Shown: positions 11,118 through 26,128, counted from the stretch's first letter. The stretch: DNA of 64,000 bases from Chrysomallon squamiferum (GCA_012295275.1 CM022670.1:4650001-4714000), one strand, 5' to 3'. Made by a program: numbers and translations. The notes: a model not told the origin generated them from the letters alone.

Positions 11118-11240
11118 GACAAAAACAGATACAGCGAAGTGACGTTTCAACCAGACGGGAAGCTCTCTCAAGTTTCTGTTTTAAAACTTCATCACAACGT
11201 TCTGCAGTCTTACCAGGGAGACCAGCTCGACTCCCAGCAG
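11118..11240 (+). CDS. Pcdh: Protocadherin gene A coding exon 2 (41 aa, DKNRYSEV...LQSYQGDQLDSQQ)
   Basis: Acceptor CTTTCAG| and donor CAG|GTGTGT, 123 nt, phase 0/0. SQVSVLKLHHNVLQSYQ aligns with NQFSTFQNHQTLLTSYQ in gene B exon 2. Confidence 0.85.
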
Positions 11241-12176
11241 GTGTGTAGATTTTATCAGTGAATTAGCATCTCTTTATCACCGCGTTTAATAGCAACCCTT
11301 ATTAACAATAAATGAATGAACTTTTGGTAGCGGGTTTTCAGGGTTTTAATATCAGTGTCTTGATCGGTTTTGTTTTTTGGTTGTTGTTGTTTTTTTCTGT
11401 TGTTTGTTTGTTTTTACTTTATTATTAGTATTATTACTTTTGTTTTTTATATATTTTTTTCTCATTATTTTTCTTTATTATTTTTTGTTCTTCTGTTTTT
11501 CAATTCTTTTATTGTTATTATTATTAGTAGTAGTAGTAGCAGTAGTAGTAATAATAGTAATGGTTGTTGTTGGAGTAGTAGTATATTTATTTATTTATTT
11601 ATTCATTCGTTCGTTCGTTCGTTCGTTTGTTCGTTCGTTCATTCATTCATTCATTCATTCATTTATTTATATTTATTTTTATTTTTCTATTTTGATAATA
11701 ATATAATAAATATTCGAGCCAAGATAGATGCAGTAAATATTTAGCTATTTACCACCAAACAGAGAGAAACTGTAAAATAATAAAATAATAAAAAATAAAA
11801 TAAAATACTTTATATAATTATAACGGCGTAGTAGAAATAAAGATATACAGCTATAGAGGCATAGAAACGTAATTATATATATACTAAAATATGCACTGCA
11901 CCATAGTTTTGAGAACTATACTCTCCCATACTGTACGAAAACAACAAAATGAAAATAATAAGTAATAAGCATAGTCACGCGTTCACTGACTGTACTAATG
12001 ACTAAATCAATGCAGTCTGAATGAAGTAAAAAAACAGAAAGAAAAAAAACGTACGGTACTAATTAATATTTTATGTTATTCCCTACAGGCCAGTGCTAAG
12101 TTCAGTCGATGTAAAGATAAATACAACGCTAATGACATTATTTGTAATCTACGTAACATTGATTATTCTCAGTTGT

Positions 12177-12420
12177 GAAATGTAGCCCAGTGATATAATC
12201 ATTCCTTTGATGCGTGACTGGTGCCTGATCCGACCTCTCTCTTCCTTTGTGCTTTTATTTCCCGTTCCAAACGAATGGTTTGTTAAAGAGAACATAGCAC
12301 GTGTTTTCCTACATGATTCTAACACAGGAGTGTATCGGGTTTCCTCTGTGTTTTAAAATTTAAAAACAACAATAATGTATAATTAATCAGTGTTAAGTAA
12401 TGGTACAGTAAAAACAAAAT
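12177..12420 (+). mobile_element. Degenerate tRNA-derived SINE-like element in gene A intron 2
   Basis: A-box-like head TGTAGCCCAGTG (12181). Shares TTCCCGTTCCA with the 33.8 kb copy and CGGGTTTCC with the 42.6 kb copy. Confidence 0.5.
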
Positions 12421-12696
12421 TTTAATTAATTTCAACATCACCATCATCAACGTTATCATATTACCATCACCATCATCATCATTAATTTTGTATTAGTATT
12501 ATTACTTCTAGTAATATTATTACTGTTATTATTATTATTATTATTACTATTATTATAAATGTTATTACTGCTATTACTACTACTACTATTACTATTATTT
12601 CTGTTGCTATTATTACTGTGATTACTACTACTACTATTACAATTGCTGTTGTTGTTGTTGTACAATGCGTATAGGTGTGAATTTCACGTTTTTCAG

Positions 12697-12799
12697 AAAG
12701 TGGCAGCGTGGCAGAGATCACAAGAAGACATCCAGAGTGACACGTCAGGTGACACCACGACTAGTGACAGTGGCAGGGGCGGCAGCGAGGTGGATATAA
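12697..12799 (+). CDS. Pcdh: Protocadherin gene A coding exon 3 (KVAAWQRSQEDIQSDTSGDTTTSDSGRGGSEVDI)
   Basis: Acceptor TTTTTCAG| and donor A|GTAAGT, 103 nt, phase 0/1. Length and the TTTSDSGRGGSE motif match gene B exon 3. Confidence 0.92.
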
Positions 12800-12817
12800 G
12801 TAAGTAGACTAATTACA

Positions 12818-12852
<35 letters not shown>

Positions 12853-14134
12853 ATACCCATAAAATGAGAAATTAAATCTTTCCGATTTCTAATATTTATG
12901 TATATTATCCTATATTTCTGTTGATGTGATTATCCGACTGTCTCCCTATCTCTATATATCTAGACGTCTGTATTTATCTTTCTACATATCTATGTTTATT
13001 TATGACTTTACACACATATATATATGTATATATTTACTTATATATATTTTTTTTGTTATCATTAATCTTTTTATAATTACATAATATGTACGAAAGCAAT
13101 TTTGCTAACATTTCTGTAGCTTACACAGTTAAAACTTCTTTTAAATTTCTTTTTAAAAATATATTTCACATTAAACCGAGATCAAAATTATTATCCGATT
13201 TGTTGTTTGGGGTCACCACGGGTTCTTTTCGGTCTATGCTAAACCGTGTCGTTTATTTGTCTTTGCTGTCCACTTTCCGGCAGTCTGGCCACTTTACGGA
13301 TGGCTGAGATATCTGCAGTAGCAAAACAAACACTGACGTTTACCACTCGCCACATGAAAACTGCAAACTATGTTGATTAATGGGATCAATTGGTTTCATT
13401 CCAAACGTACGGCGTAACACAAATAAACACGGTGAATTAGAAAAATAAAAGTCTAGAGTGAGAAAAAAAAAAAAAACGAAATGAGAATTTAAAGAAAGAA
13501 ATGTTAGGAATAGATAGAAATGATTGGGATTTGAAGGATATTTTGTTCTTGTTGTTGTTTTGTAAATTTTATTTTTTTCGTTTTGATTAAATAATGAGGG
13601 CTGAATTTAGTAAAATGTTCACCGATATGTGATCAGAACTTTGTGTTTGAAAGGCATTTTTGATTCTGTTAGTGTTTTTTGTTTTTATTAGTTTGCTATT
13701 TTTCTTTCTTTCTTCCGTTTTCTTTCAACTGCATTTAGTTTAAATTACATGTAATAGAAAGAAACCGAAGATAAGAAAAAACTCAATATATATAGATATT
13801 TACTTTTTTTATGGAACATTATCATGTTATTATAAATTATAATTGATATAAATACTCTTTCGTTAAAACTACCATTGTATTAGAGTAAACTTTATTTCCA
13901 TACAGAGACTGATTTCTTTTTCCAAGAGTTACTCTGTTATTCTTTCCTTAGATATATTTTCCGTATCCGACTGAAACACAAATAATTAATCATGATTCCT
14001 TTTTTCTTCTGTACTTCGTTCAGATCTTAAAAGAAAAATACGTAAATTAATGTCGTTCATCCTCTGCATTCATATATTATTACAAAGTTTTTATAATCCC
14101 AATTCTTACGTTCACTTTCCTTTTCTTTTCGCAG

Positions 14135-14817
14135 ATGACATACATGATACATCTACCCAGTCAAGCGTGTTAAACCCGGGTCACAGTTCAATGAAGACAG
14201 TTCCAAAGATTCCTCCGCGCCAAAGTACTCAGAAGCATGTGACATTCAGCGACCATGCTCCAAAGAAACCTCCGCGATCGAATGTAGGGCACGGAAATCA
14301 TTCCAACATCTACACAACTCAGCAACCTGTTCCGCAGCGTCCGCACGGAAGCGTGACGGAACACATTCCGCAACAAACACATCTGTACAACAGCGCCTTA
14401 CACTGCAGTCCTCAGATGCAAAATTCCTACAACGGCGGATTGCAGAGTGCTCCTCAAAAGCCCAAAAATTCGTATAAAAATGTGCAGGAAAACGTTTCCC
14501 AACAAAGACAAGACATTCCGAGCGCAAACAGACATTTCGGATTTACTGTTCGCAGTCCGACGTTTAGTAACGACAGCTCGGGTACCTTTGCGTTAAGCAA
14601 TTCCTTCAAGCCTAACCCGGGTCTGTCTGGTGTCAGCCCCGTAAACAGTGTACCAGCACGCGATGACGTGCCGCGTGTACGTGACTGGAGAAACGACAGC
14701 ATTGCCACTACTGACGATGGTGACGACAGATCTACGACGACGTCAGGCAGTTACACCATCGACAACGAGGACCAGTGGCTGAATTTAGACTATGATCCAA
14801 GAGATATTGTTGTGTAA
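14135..14817 (+). CDS. Pcdh: Protocadherin gene A terminal coding exon (KHVTF, DDDRSTTTSGSYT, C-terminus DIVV)
   Basis: Acceptor TTTTCTTTTCGCAG| in phase 1, matching exon 3. Open to TAA at 14815-14817, with motifs shared with the gene B last exon. Confidence 0.92.
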
Positions 14818-14869
14818 ATAAACATTCCCTGTGATTAGTGTGTGAGTGAGAGATGTGCTGATGAATAAA
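14817..14869 (+). promoter_or_regulatory. Candidate polyadenylation signals of gene A
   Basis: AATAAA at 14817-14822 and 14864-14869, just after the stop. The hexamer is common in this AT-rich DNA. Confidence 0.35.
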
Positions 14870-14955
14870 TGTTATTATATTTTCAACGTTTGTTTTGCAT
14901 TTGTATTTTTTATAGTTTTCTTCATCATGGTTATCATCATCATCATCATCGAAAC

Positions 14956-14991
<36 letters not shown>

Positions 14992-16028
14992 GAGTTATCA
15001 TCATACTCCTAACATATCAGTATTATCATTAATGTGATCATCCTTACTACGACTACTAAACTACTATTACTACTATTACTATTATTATAATAATTTTATT
15101 ATATTATAATTATTATTGTTATTATTATTTATTTATTTATTTATTTAAGATCATACTGATTAGAAAATTAAATTATTTTACGTTTCCACTATAAAACAGT
15201 CGTAGAATATAAAGAAGACAAGAATTAATCTGTGTATTTTTAAAGATTTTTCTTTATTTTTAATAATAAGTATCATTTTTGATGAGGAAATGCAAAAGAG
15301 ATAAAATAATATCTAAAGTTACCAAATATTGTTTTTTCTTCATATTTCTCCTGTATTCTTGAAGACTAAGTAATTATTTATGGCAAATACAAAATTGCTA
15401 CTGCAGTTAATAAATGATACAATCGCATGAACTACATTAGTATTCAAATTTTGCTTTCTAAGCTCAGTCATTCATCCTTCATTAAAATTATGCATGTTTG
15501 GTAAAGACAGAATTCGTTTACGATGGTCGTTATTCGCTTAACTCGTCCAGTTTATGACAAGATCTGAACTTTAGCTGTCGAGTACCTGACATTTAACCCA
15601 ATTTGCCCAACAAGCTTAAAACATGGTATTTAAAATTTGCATGCGGCTATTACAATTTGCATGTCGACTCCATTATCATTAAAACAGCCACCCTGGGAGA
15701 AAGCATCGTTCAGTTGCGGTTAATTCTGATTGACGTCTAACGATTTCAAATAATTAATAACAATTGCTGTGGTTTCCAAATGCAATCAATGTGTGCTCTA
15801 TGAGTACCGCTGATTTCCCCAAAGGCTTCTGCGCTGGAAGTAAAACGGAATGGACGACATTCGTACATTGCACCTACGAGTGTTTAACGAGCGACCCAGC
15901 CAATCTGTCAGTTTAGCCGTAACCCCACTCGTCACAAGGGAGCAGCAGTTGGTTCGGATACTGCATAAACGATCAAAATGACCCTTCTACTGATTCCTTT
16001 CACACATTTAATTTATTTTAAATTGCTC

Positions 16029-16482
16029 AAATCACATAAATTATTAGAATATGCAGTTTTTATAATCGTTTAAGTTATTTAGTGGTGCAGTGATTTTGCT
16101 GTTGGTAATATAAAAATATGTTAATGCCGCTAAATTACGTTTTTAAACATTTCTACTTCGTTAATGAAATGATTTAAATTATCAAGATATGCAGTTCTTA
16201 TAATCATTCAAATGGATGACAGCTGTAGACACTTAGCTGTTAGTAATATGGAAATAGATTTATACAGTGTAATGCATAATTATTTTAATTTGATTTTTTA
16301 CCTTCTTAAACATTTCTGTTTCGATTGATGAAATCATGTAAATTTTCAAGATATTCATTTTTACAGTCATCTAAAATTCATGATAGCTGACTGTAACAAG
16401 GAAACAGTTTATGTAATTACAGGAATACGTAATTATTTGAATGTTTTTCTGAATATGTTTCTAAATATTTCTACTTCGTTAG
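16029..16482. repeat. Degenerate tandem repeat, unit about 140-165 bp, 3 copies
   Basis: Anchor AAATTxTxAxxATATxCAxTT near 16038, 16176 and 16339; anchor TAAAxATTTCTxxTTCG near 16144, 16307 and 16462. Confidence 0.7.
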
Positions 16483-16513
16483 CTGACCTCGTCAATATAT
16501 TTCATATGCCAGA

Positions 16514-16639
<126 letters not shown>

Positions 16640-17176
16640 AGATTTATTGTTATGCGGTTATCTGAACTTTATTCAACCAGACATTAAAGGGCCAACCACT
16701 GCAAATTATTTATCTCTTCACAAACATAATTTCAGATAGTTTGTCTTCTATTCCGGACAGTCCATCAGCAATGTTGACCAGAGATTACAGATTATTTGTT
16801 TGTGGAGGGAGGCAATGCTTTCCGCATCCCAGGTGGTCACAGGGGAAGAGTTAGCTATTTACAAAGACGAAGACGGAACATTTAACTAATCTTTAGCATA
16901 CTGGTTTCTTTCATTGTTATATCATGTATGTATTTGATGTGAAAAAGCAGCAATGTTTTATATGTTGCTGAAACAGGTGTATCGTTGTTTGTAGAGTTTC
17001 ACTTGATAATTAACTGAACCAGATGGTAAAATGTCGAAAGAACTTAATTTTCTTCAAAGAAAGTCGGAAAAAATCCATGAAAAGTGCGGAAAAAAATCAT
17101 TTTGAACAGTTAAATTTTCGAAACTGACTTAAGCTTTTTACTGAATGAGACAAATAACTTTATGTTTATGTCTTAA

Positions 17177-17349
<173 letters not shown>

Positions 17350-18224
17350 GACGGAGAGCATAAGTTTAAGTGAAAGACAGACAGGTAAAGAGAAAGACAA
17401 GGAATGGAGACACGGAGACAACGAGATGGAGAAACCAGATTAAAAGAGAAGAAACAGAAAATTAGTGAGATATTCAAGAGAAAATGAAGTCACAGGAGAA
17501 TTCCGAACATTTGAAAAAAGAAATGAGATATATGTGTGACAAAGAAATAAATAAAAAATTATAAAAAATCAAGTCATCCCAGTTTTATATTTTCGATCCA
17601 AACGAATTGTGAATTAAAACAATTTCAGCTTAATATTACTCATACTTTGTTTAAAAAGAATAATAAAATATATCATCGTTCACCGAAAATTAGAAGCCTT
17701 CTTCTTAACTGTCCACTTTTTTAGTACAAAGAGAGTTAATTCAATCGACACCAAAGTATATTCAGAAAGACATTTAAACTATAATGGACCCAACAGTGTA
17801 TAATCATAATGGAAACTACTGTAGGTTAAAAACGAAAATGAATTCATAATGTTATTGCTTGATATGGCTATACGATTTTTATTGGGCTTGTAGTTTTATT
17901 CCATTTTCTGAAATTGCTGTTTCACTTTGAAAGTTATTTCAGTCTTTGTCGTTCACTGCAATAACTCATGTCCAGGCAAATGAGATGACAATTTTATGTG
18001 ATTCTCGAAAATATTAATGTCAAAAATAATATCACGGATTTACTTTATAGAGATGTCATGTAGAGAAAGTGAACATTTGTGCCAAATGAAGCAGATCTCG
18101 TATTTATTACATTTTAGCAATCTCGTCACGGTTTGTTTTTATGTTGTCTTCCTGTCAAATGACGCACATAGTATATATACTTTGGATTCTTTACATTCTC
18201 TTCTCTTCTGTTAGACGCAGATTC

Positions 18225-18228
<4 letters not shown>

Positions 18229-18297
<69 letters not shown>
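18229..18297. repeat. (CT)n microsatellite
   Basis: Read directly from the sequence. Confidence 0.95.
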
Positions 18298-18301
<4 letters not shown>

Positions 18302-21300
18302 ACACACTCAAACACACACATAATATAAGTGTGTGTATGCAACGTAACAAAAACAACAACAGCAAGAAGAATAAGAAGAACAAGAAAAACAATAAGCACA
18401 AGAAGAACAACAACAAAAATAACAATAACAATATCAAACAAACAAAAACAACAATATTTTATTCATGCTATGAGTTCATTTACACGAACGAAAATTAAAC
18501 ATTTGAAAACTTTTATCACTTTAACTTCATTATAACAACAAGCGTTTTCAACATTATTATAATGCCTGGCATAGCAGCAATTCCGTTAACAGATTTCAAC
18601 AGTATATGAAAATCGGTTAAAAATATAAATATTTCTTATCAAGTTAAAGATAGAATAAATAAACAACGTCTGTTTCATAAGTCGATTTACTCAGTTAAGT
18701 ATTCGCTGTAGATAGTCAAGTTTGAAATGAGATATAAAAGCTGGCATGAAGAGTACGTTTAGCTAATAAAGGGTTAATCGCACACGTTATTACTGTATGT
18801 CAGTTTGTCATTCAAAGTTCCTGATAGAAATGATTCAGAATTAATTTTACTGGACTGCTTCTCTTAATAAAGTGAAGTACATACCTCTGGCATTAAAATA
18901 CGTTTATAATTATATATAATTACGGACTAATGGATGCACTGCAAAGAATCGATCTGTGAAACATTCAAGCCTAAGACAAGCACATTAGAAGTGAAAAACA
19001 ACACTTTTTTCACATTATATTGGTTTTTAAACTCTGCAAATAAACATAGAAAACATCAATTTTTTCTAAATATCTTACTTACAATAATAACGATGACATA
19101 GCTAAGATTTGGTAAGTGAAAAATAAACACACAGAAATACGAAGAGGCAGCGAAAGGGACAAAAGATCAAAAGATCAAAAAAATTATCTTGGTTGAATAA
19201 GTGTGTGTTTGTTTCTGCATGTATAGTGTGTTGGGTATCTGAGGTGTGGTGTTTGTGTGGTGCGTGCGTCTGTGTGTGTGTGTACTTGTATGTGCGTGTG
19301 TGTGCCTGTGAGATGGTGTCCATAACAATGATGATCCTTGATGGAAATAAACAATAGTATCATAAAAGATGTATCTCTAAACCATCTGACTATATTGCAA
19401 AGCGGATACACACAGATACATATATAACATTCAAACAAACAAAACCAAAGAACATTTTATTTAGTGCCATTAATACGTGCAGCTGCAGGCAGGTAGAAAG
19501 CCGTGTATTACAAGACATACATCACTGTCTTATCTCTCTCATCAGCTGTGTTATGAATGGTGATGAGGTTTGCTCGATTTGGTTTTCAAGGTAATAAAAC
19601 TTCCCTCGTTTAATTTCATATGCTATTAGAAATTGCGGTTTTATTGCTCTTTCCGCGATAAACTTTGTGTGTGAGTGATTCAGAAAGCATTATCCGACAC
19701 GACTGCGTTTTGAAACAAATTAGGAATAAATTCTGAATATCGTGGAGCAGTTTTAATTATATTAGGATTACGTTCCTTGTTTGTTTGACAGACACGTGTT
19801 ATGTAGGTTACGCAATATAGTTTTGTTTTTGTTTTTGTTTTTGTTTTTGTTTTTTAATGTAAGACATTTATTTATCTGTCTCTTGCTCTTTTTCCCTTTT
19901 CTCTCTGAGTCTTAATTCTTTCTCTAATTCTTCTTTCTTTCTTTATCTAACTTTTTTCTCTCTCTGTTTCATTTTCTTTACATTTTTCTTGTTACCATTT
20001 GTTTTGCATTCTCTTTATATAAAAGTCTAGTTACATATATCTCTTTCTCATACATAAACATACATATCTTTTTTTTAAATTTCAGTTTGTGACATGACTA
20101 GTCTTTAAATGCATTTTAATATAAAATCTAATAAAAACGAACAAATTAATGCAGACGTCTTTTTGCGCCTGCTGTTCAACTTTGTCGGATGAGTAATTTT
20201 AAAAATAAAACTGAAATAAAACAAATTTCAAACATCTCTGGACTGAAATTAAATTTAAATTGAAAATATGTTCAAACAGGCGTAAATATCAATTTACTCT
20301 CTATCACAGTATTTCAGTTAAACGCGATTTGTTACATGAAGAAAAACGCAGTAAATGTTCCCCGTGGTCAATTTATTTGACCGTTAACTGATTCCCTAGC
20401 AACGGTCGCTTAGCAATAAATTTTAAAATATATATCAGCTCCTTTGTCCACATCTAAGAAGATTCATTTCTGTTCTGTTAACTGCCTCACAGTGTAGATA
20501 ATAAAATATATATTTTTTAGTGTTATAGCAGCAACAATGAACAGCTATTGTTCACAAACAACAGTCAGTTGTTACTTTATGGGTAGGACACTGAGCGATG
20601 TATCACTGATGTTTAGAATCTTCTGTAACAACTTTTTATGTTTTAGTTATAGCTCATCGCAAAGCCATTCCATTAAAAATGAAAGAACGGTGTGTTTGAT
20701 TGCCTCTGTTTCAGAGAAACCATCTGGCTTTCTGGCCATTTCGGAGCCGATCTTGTCTCGTTTGAGCTTCCAGATACTACCTACCTACCCATGCAGGAAA
20801 TAACACGCTGAAAAACCCAGCACGCTGTGACTGTGCTTCCCGTGTATTTTCTAGTTCAGAACACAAAAGTGGCAATAAATACATTCGAAGACTTTGAAGT
20901 GCTGTTTTCTTGCAGAAACTGGGGTAATCAGTGACCTCGATAATCAGTGGCCGTGTCACATCCGAAGTGGAAATCCCAGTAGATTAGCACGGAAGGTGTA
21001 ATTAAAAAAAAAAATTGTAATTAAATTGTTGATTACAATTAGAGCAATGAATGCAGGTACAGTTTCCACATCGATTGGTCAAAGGTGTGTTATAAAAAGG
21101 GAAAAAGTTAGGACAAAAGGTAAACTATTGTGAAAAGATGATTTGGAAGGTGTTTAAGTCGATCCTTTATCAAGTTAATCGTTAAATGTACTAATTTTAG
21201 TTATACGACTCGGGGCAATGCTATGATTAAGAAGTTAATGTGTTTACCCTCAAGGGACAGACTTGTTATTACTTATTTTTCTTCTTTTTTTTTTTTCCTC

Positions 21301-21467
<167 letters not shown>

Positions 21468-23337
21468 ATATTTCTATTTATCTCTTTATTTTTTTCTGTA
21501 TATCCGTCACTCCATCATTCAAATAATTTCTATCTCTTCTAAAAAATTATTATCTCTACACTGCCTCTTACCTATTATTTCTAAATCTATATCACCTGAA
21601 TAAGACATTTTTGTCACATATATAATTGGCTACACTTCACAGATAAAAACAATCAGGTAAAAAAAAAAAAAAAAAAAAAAGTAATAATTTATTTTTGTTC
21701 TGTTTATTCAGTTTCTTTCCCTGGGGTCATTTGCTTTCTTACTGTTGAATCAAAATGAGTGGATTTACTTCGTCTTGGTCTGAAGAAGCTGCTGTATCTA
21801 CACCAAGACGGGTTCTGTCGTTCCACTGCATTATTTACGCCGGGTTCTTTTTTTCCTTCTATATTTACTGCCCTTAGGACGTCAGGCACAGTCAGTCACT
21901 TGTCGCATTAGCGTTGGATAACCTATCAAAGGCCCGATCAATCACTCTCAAAGCGAAGACAAGAGAAAAGTGACAAACGAAACAATGGTGCATTTTCCTG
22001 TTTTTTAACACAAAAACCTATGCGCGTAGACTTTCGCCCTGTCGGACTCCCGTGCAGAGCAAGTGAGCTGGCGACAACCGGCCCAGCCAGCCAGCGACAA
22101 CAAACAGACAAGTGCAACCCGCTGTCAGGGGCTTTTGTCACACAAGACAATTTTGAAGGATGTTGCCGACTTTGGATTATTGTTTGTTTGCATTAGAAGT
22201 GCAATTTTCGGATTTTGTTTCTTTGCTTTGCGCATTGTCATTAAGAACTCAACGTCTGAAGGCAGTCACAGGTTGACAATGTGAAATCAATTCAGACAAA
22301 AGACTCCCCAATCAATCAGAATCACGTATCGCTTGCATCACTGTAGCTTGGGAAATCCTTATCTGTTTAGAAATAATGCTTGTCTGTGGATAATGAGGAA
22401 AGAAACTGTTTTATTGTTTATATGTCTTTAACAAATAGTGTCAATAATTTTAGGTAACTTTAGTACTCCAGAGAAAGTCGTTCGAACACACAGATAATAA
22501 CAATAAGATACATTTTAGGTACGGGTTCATACAAACACGGAATCTGTAAACATATATAAAAAGACAATAGACACAAACATACTTCTACATTAATAAAACT
22601 AATATATATATATATATAAAATCTTTTGCTTATATAAAAATACCTGTTTATCTGTTTCTCGTTTTTCTTCCCTCTATTTCTATAGTGTTGACTTTAACTA
22701 TTTAATGTCATATATATTCTTGCCTGTATCTTTGTCAGTTTTTGTTTTGCTCTTTGTATTTGCATCGCTCGTTCTTTCCAACTATAATCCATTTGTTCTC
22801 ACAAATAAAAATTCATCAAATATTCATTCATTTATTCATACAGTACCTAAAAACCACGTACACAAAACAGTATATCGCAAACTAAATTATCCCTTAGACA
22901 AAATTCTTAAAATGCAAATAACAAGCTTGACTGCGCTAATAATATCCTACTATTCCAGAACTGTGTTATTTTCTTGGAATGTAATGAAAAGACTGTTGTG
23001 GTGTAGATCAAAAATTAAACTTAATGCTAGTGCAGTTGATCTGAAGATGTCTTCATGTGCTCAAAGCGGCTTAATTTTTAAAGCTGCCTCATCATTACTG
23101 GCCATATCTTTGAACAGACGATCTCTACTGTCATTTTAATGAGGTGTAATTATGAACTTAGCACTTGGAAATTCGAGTGATCTTTGTCAGTCAGTGAATG
23201 ACATATTGGATTAAGTATCTCAGAAACAAAGCAGTATCAGTGAAGAATATTATATTCCTAGATTACGTGAGTTTGTGAATTCTATCTTTCTGGGTGTTAG
23301 TGTATGCGTTTGTGTGTTTTTGTGTGTGAATGTGTTT

Positions 23338-23382
<45 letters not shown>

Positions 23383-23571
23383 TGCATTTATGCCCATGTA
23401 TTATGTATATATATATATACACATACATATGTGTGTGTACATGTGTGTGAAAACACAAATCTTTATGCCCATGTATCATGTATATACATATACACATACA
23501 TATACAACACACTCAAAATAAAATTAATTTTAAATGACTGTGAAATGTAATATTATTTTTTTCTTTACTGT

Positions 23572-23602
23572 TTATTATTATTATTATTATTGTTATTATA
23601 GA

Positions 23603-23677
<75 letters not shown>
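23572..23677. repeat. (ATT)n microsatellite
   Basis: Read directly from the sequence. Confidence 0.95.
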
Positions 23678-23678
<1 letters not shown>

Positions 23679-26043
23679 TTATCTTTTATCTTTCAGCTTT
23701 TTCTTACATAAATTTATTCTTTTCTTCTTTCACTTCTCTAGCAAAAATTCGTATTTCTCTAACAAAACAAGATTTTTCCTGACAGAGACACTGGGACTTG
23801 CAAGAAACAGCAAAGTACCACAAACTCTCTTAAAAGACGAACCCGTGAACTCTGTTTACTCTCAGTCTCTCTCGAGTTGACCAACACAATTCCTGAATTC
23901 TCAGATCTCCTCAGAAAACTTTTTCTTTCATTGTTTCTTGTTTTCCGTACATTTCAGTAAGAAGCCTTTCCTTGTCTCGAAGGAGCTAGCAGGTGCCTAC
24001 ATATACAATTAAAGAAAACAAGGCATCCTTGATATGTTTTGTGAACCTGGGTACTGGATATGCAACTTCGCTGCAATCCGGTATAGAAGTATTTCAGATC
24101 TTTTAGCGCAAACAAGAAGATCCTTTTGTAGCGGTTCAGTGTCAGATTTAAATCCATTTGTATCCAAATGCGGCATGTTAATATTTTATTGAGGGAAGGA
24201 AGGAATGGGGTTGGTGTTCTGAAATAAAGATAGATGTTGATGTTGTCTTTATTTAGTTAATATTTGAATTCAAATGTGTTTCATGACGAACACAAACATA
24301 CACACAAATAAATAAATGGATGGATGGATGGATAGATAGACAGACAGACAGATGGACAGACAGACAGATAGACAGACAGACAGATAGACAGACAGACACA
24401 TAGATAGATAGATAGATAGATAGAGATAAATAGAGAGAGAGAGACAGACAGACAGACAGATATACAGACATACATCGATATACCTATACACTTACATTTT
24501 TACACTAATCTGTGTTTGCATAATAAACAGACGCTTGTATATAAAAAAAAAAAGTGTATATGTATATGCATGTATGCTTAAATAGATAGACATACATGCA
24601 TAAATAAACTTATAAATATCCAAAATTATCTTGATGCTATCTTTATTACTTCGTTTGGGTGGGGTTTTTATTATTATTATTATTATTATTTGTCGTTAAA
24701 TAGATTTATCTCGAACTTTAATAGTCTCTTTTGAGAACGTCAGTGGTTCATACCTGCACAGTGCAGTGTTTAAAAATTCCTGTTAGGTGCGTACACCTAG
24801 AACGTTTCGACGGCAAATAGGAAATTGCTTTTAGAATGTTTGTGTCATTTGTTGTTGTTGTTTTTTTTCTCTTTCTTGATGCACTTACTTACACCTTTCA
24901 AAGAACGAGGACACGTGTTGTATTGAAACAACCCACGTATTCTGTTTAGATACGTACAAACACGTTTAGCAAAGAGAGAGATGTTTCTTGTAACAGGTAT
25001 ATTTACTGCTCGAGAGAATTAACGTTACATTTACTGTAGAATTTTTAAATTTTTTGATATTTTTAAAATAAATATAATAACTTCATTTTAAATGTCAGCA
25101 TTCTTTGATTTTTCAAACCGGCAATAACTGCTGCATGCTAAATTTATTTTCTTTAAAAAATCAGATTTTTTGGTATACGGTTTAATAGCATAACAATTTG
25201 TTTATGTGTAAATTTCTTTGCACTATATTTTTTTTAATTTTTAATTTTTTTTTAATTTTTTTTAATTTTTTTTTAATTATTAGTATATTTTTGTTTTGTT
25301 TTGGTTTGGTTTGGTTTCTTGCTTATTTATTATTGCTGTTTATGGATTTTTTTCTTACCTGCTGGAGGGATGGATGATGGGTGGGTGAGAGGATGGGTGG
25401 AAGCAGTAACATGGAAAGTTTAAAAGTCTGAATTGTATTTGTTTTATTACTACAAATAATCTTTCTATTTCCATTTATTTTCAATTCTTTAATTTATAAT
25501 TATTATTATTTCTCTATTCACTTTTTTATTCCTTATTATTCCTGTTCGTTTAAAAGAAAAATAAATAACGTTTAAACAACTGAAGAGAGAAAAAAAAAAA
25601 AACATTCCATGAAAGACGATACCTTTTTCACCCGTCTTCATAATCTCAGAGAGGACCGGGTTAGCGTTGAGAGCTCAAACTCACGAAAGTTGAATTACGT
25701 GGTATTGGTTAGGTGTACCTAGATATCCTTTACGTGTTCTGTATGTCTGTACAAGGATATCCCAAACAAACACTGAAGAGCCCAGCTTGTATGTTTTATA
25801 CTTGTGAAAAACAAGAGAGTTACCTTTTCGACCCTCATCGTCAACAGTTTTACAGAGTTTTTCATAAATGTTAAACTATTTTCTAACTTGCAGAAATTGT
25901 TTGATACTATTTATTGGATATTTACGTGGTTGGCAAAAGAATGTGTGTTGATAATTTAGGTGACTGTACATGAGTGTTTATGTTTAACTATTTGGATGGA
26001 TGGATTATATGTTTATATGATGTATATATGGATGGATGGATGG

Positions 26044-26048
<5 letters not shown>

Positions 26049-26078
<30 letters not shown>

Positions 26079-26128
26079 TGTATGTATGTATGTATGTATG
26101 TATGTATGTATGTGTATGTATGTATGTG
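26049..26128. repeat. (TATG)n microsatellite
   Basis: Read directly from the sequence. Confidence 0.95.
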
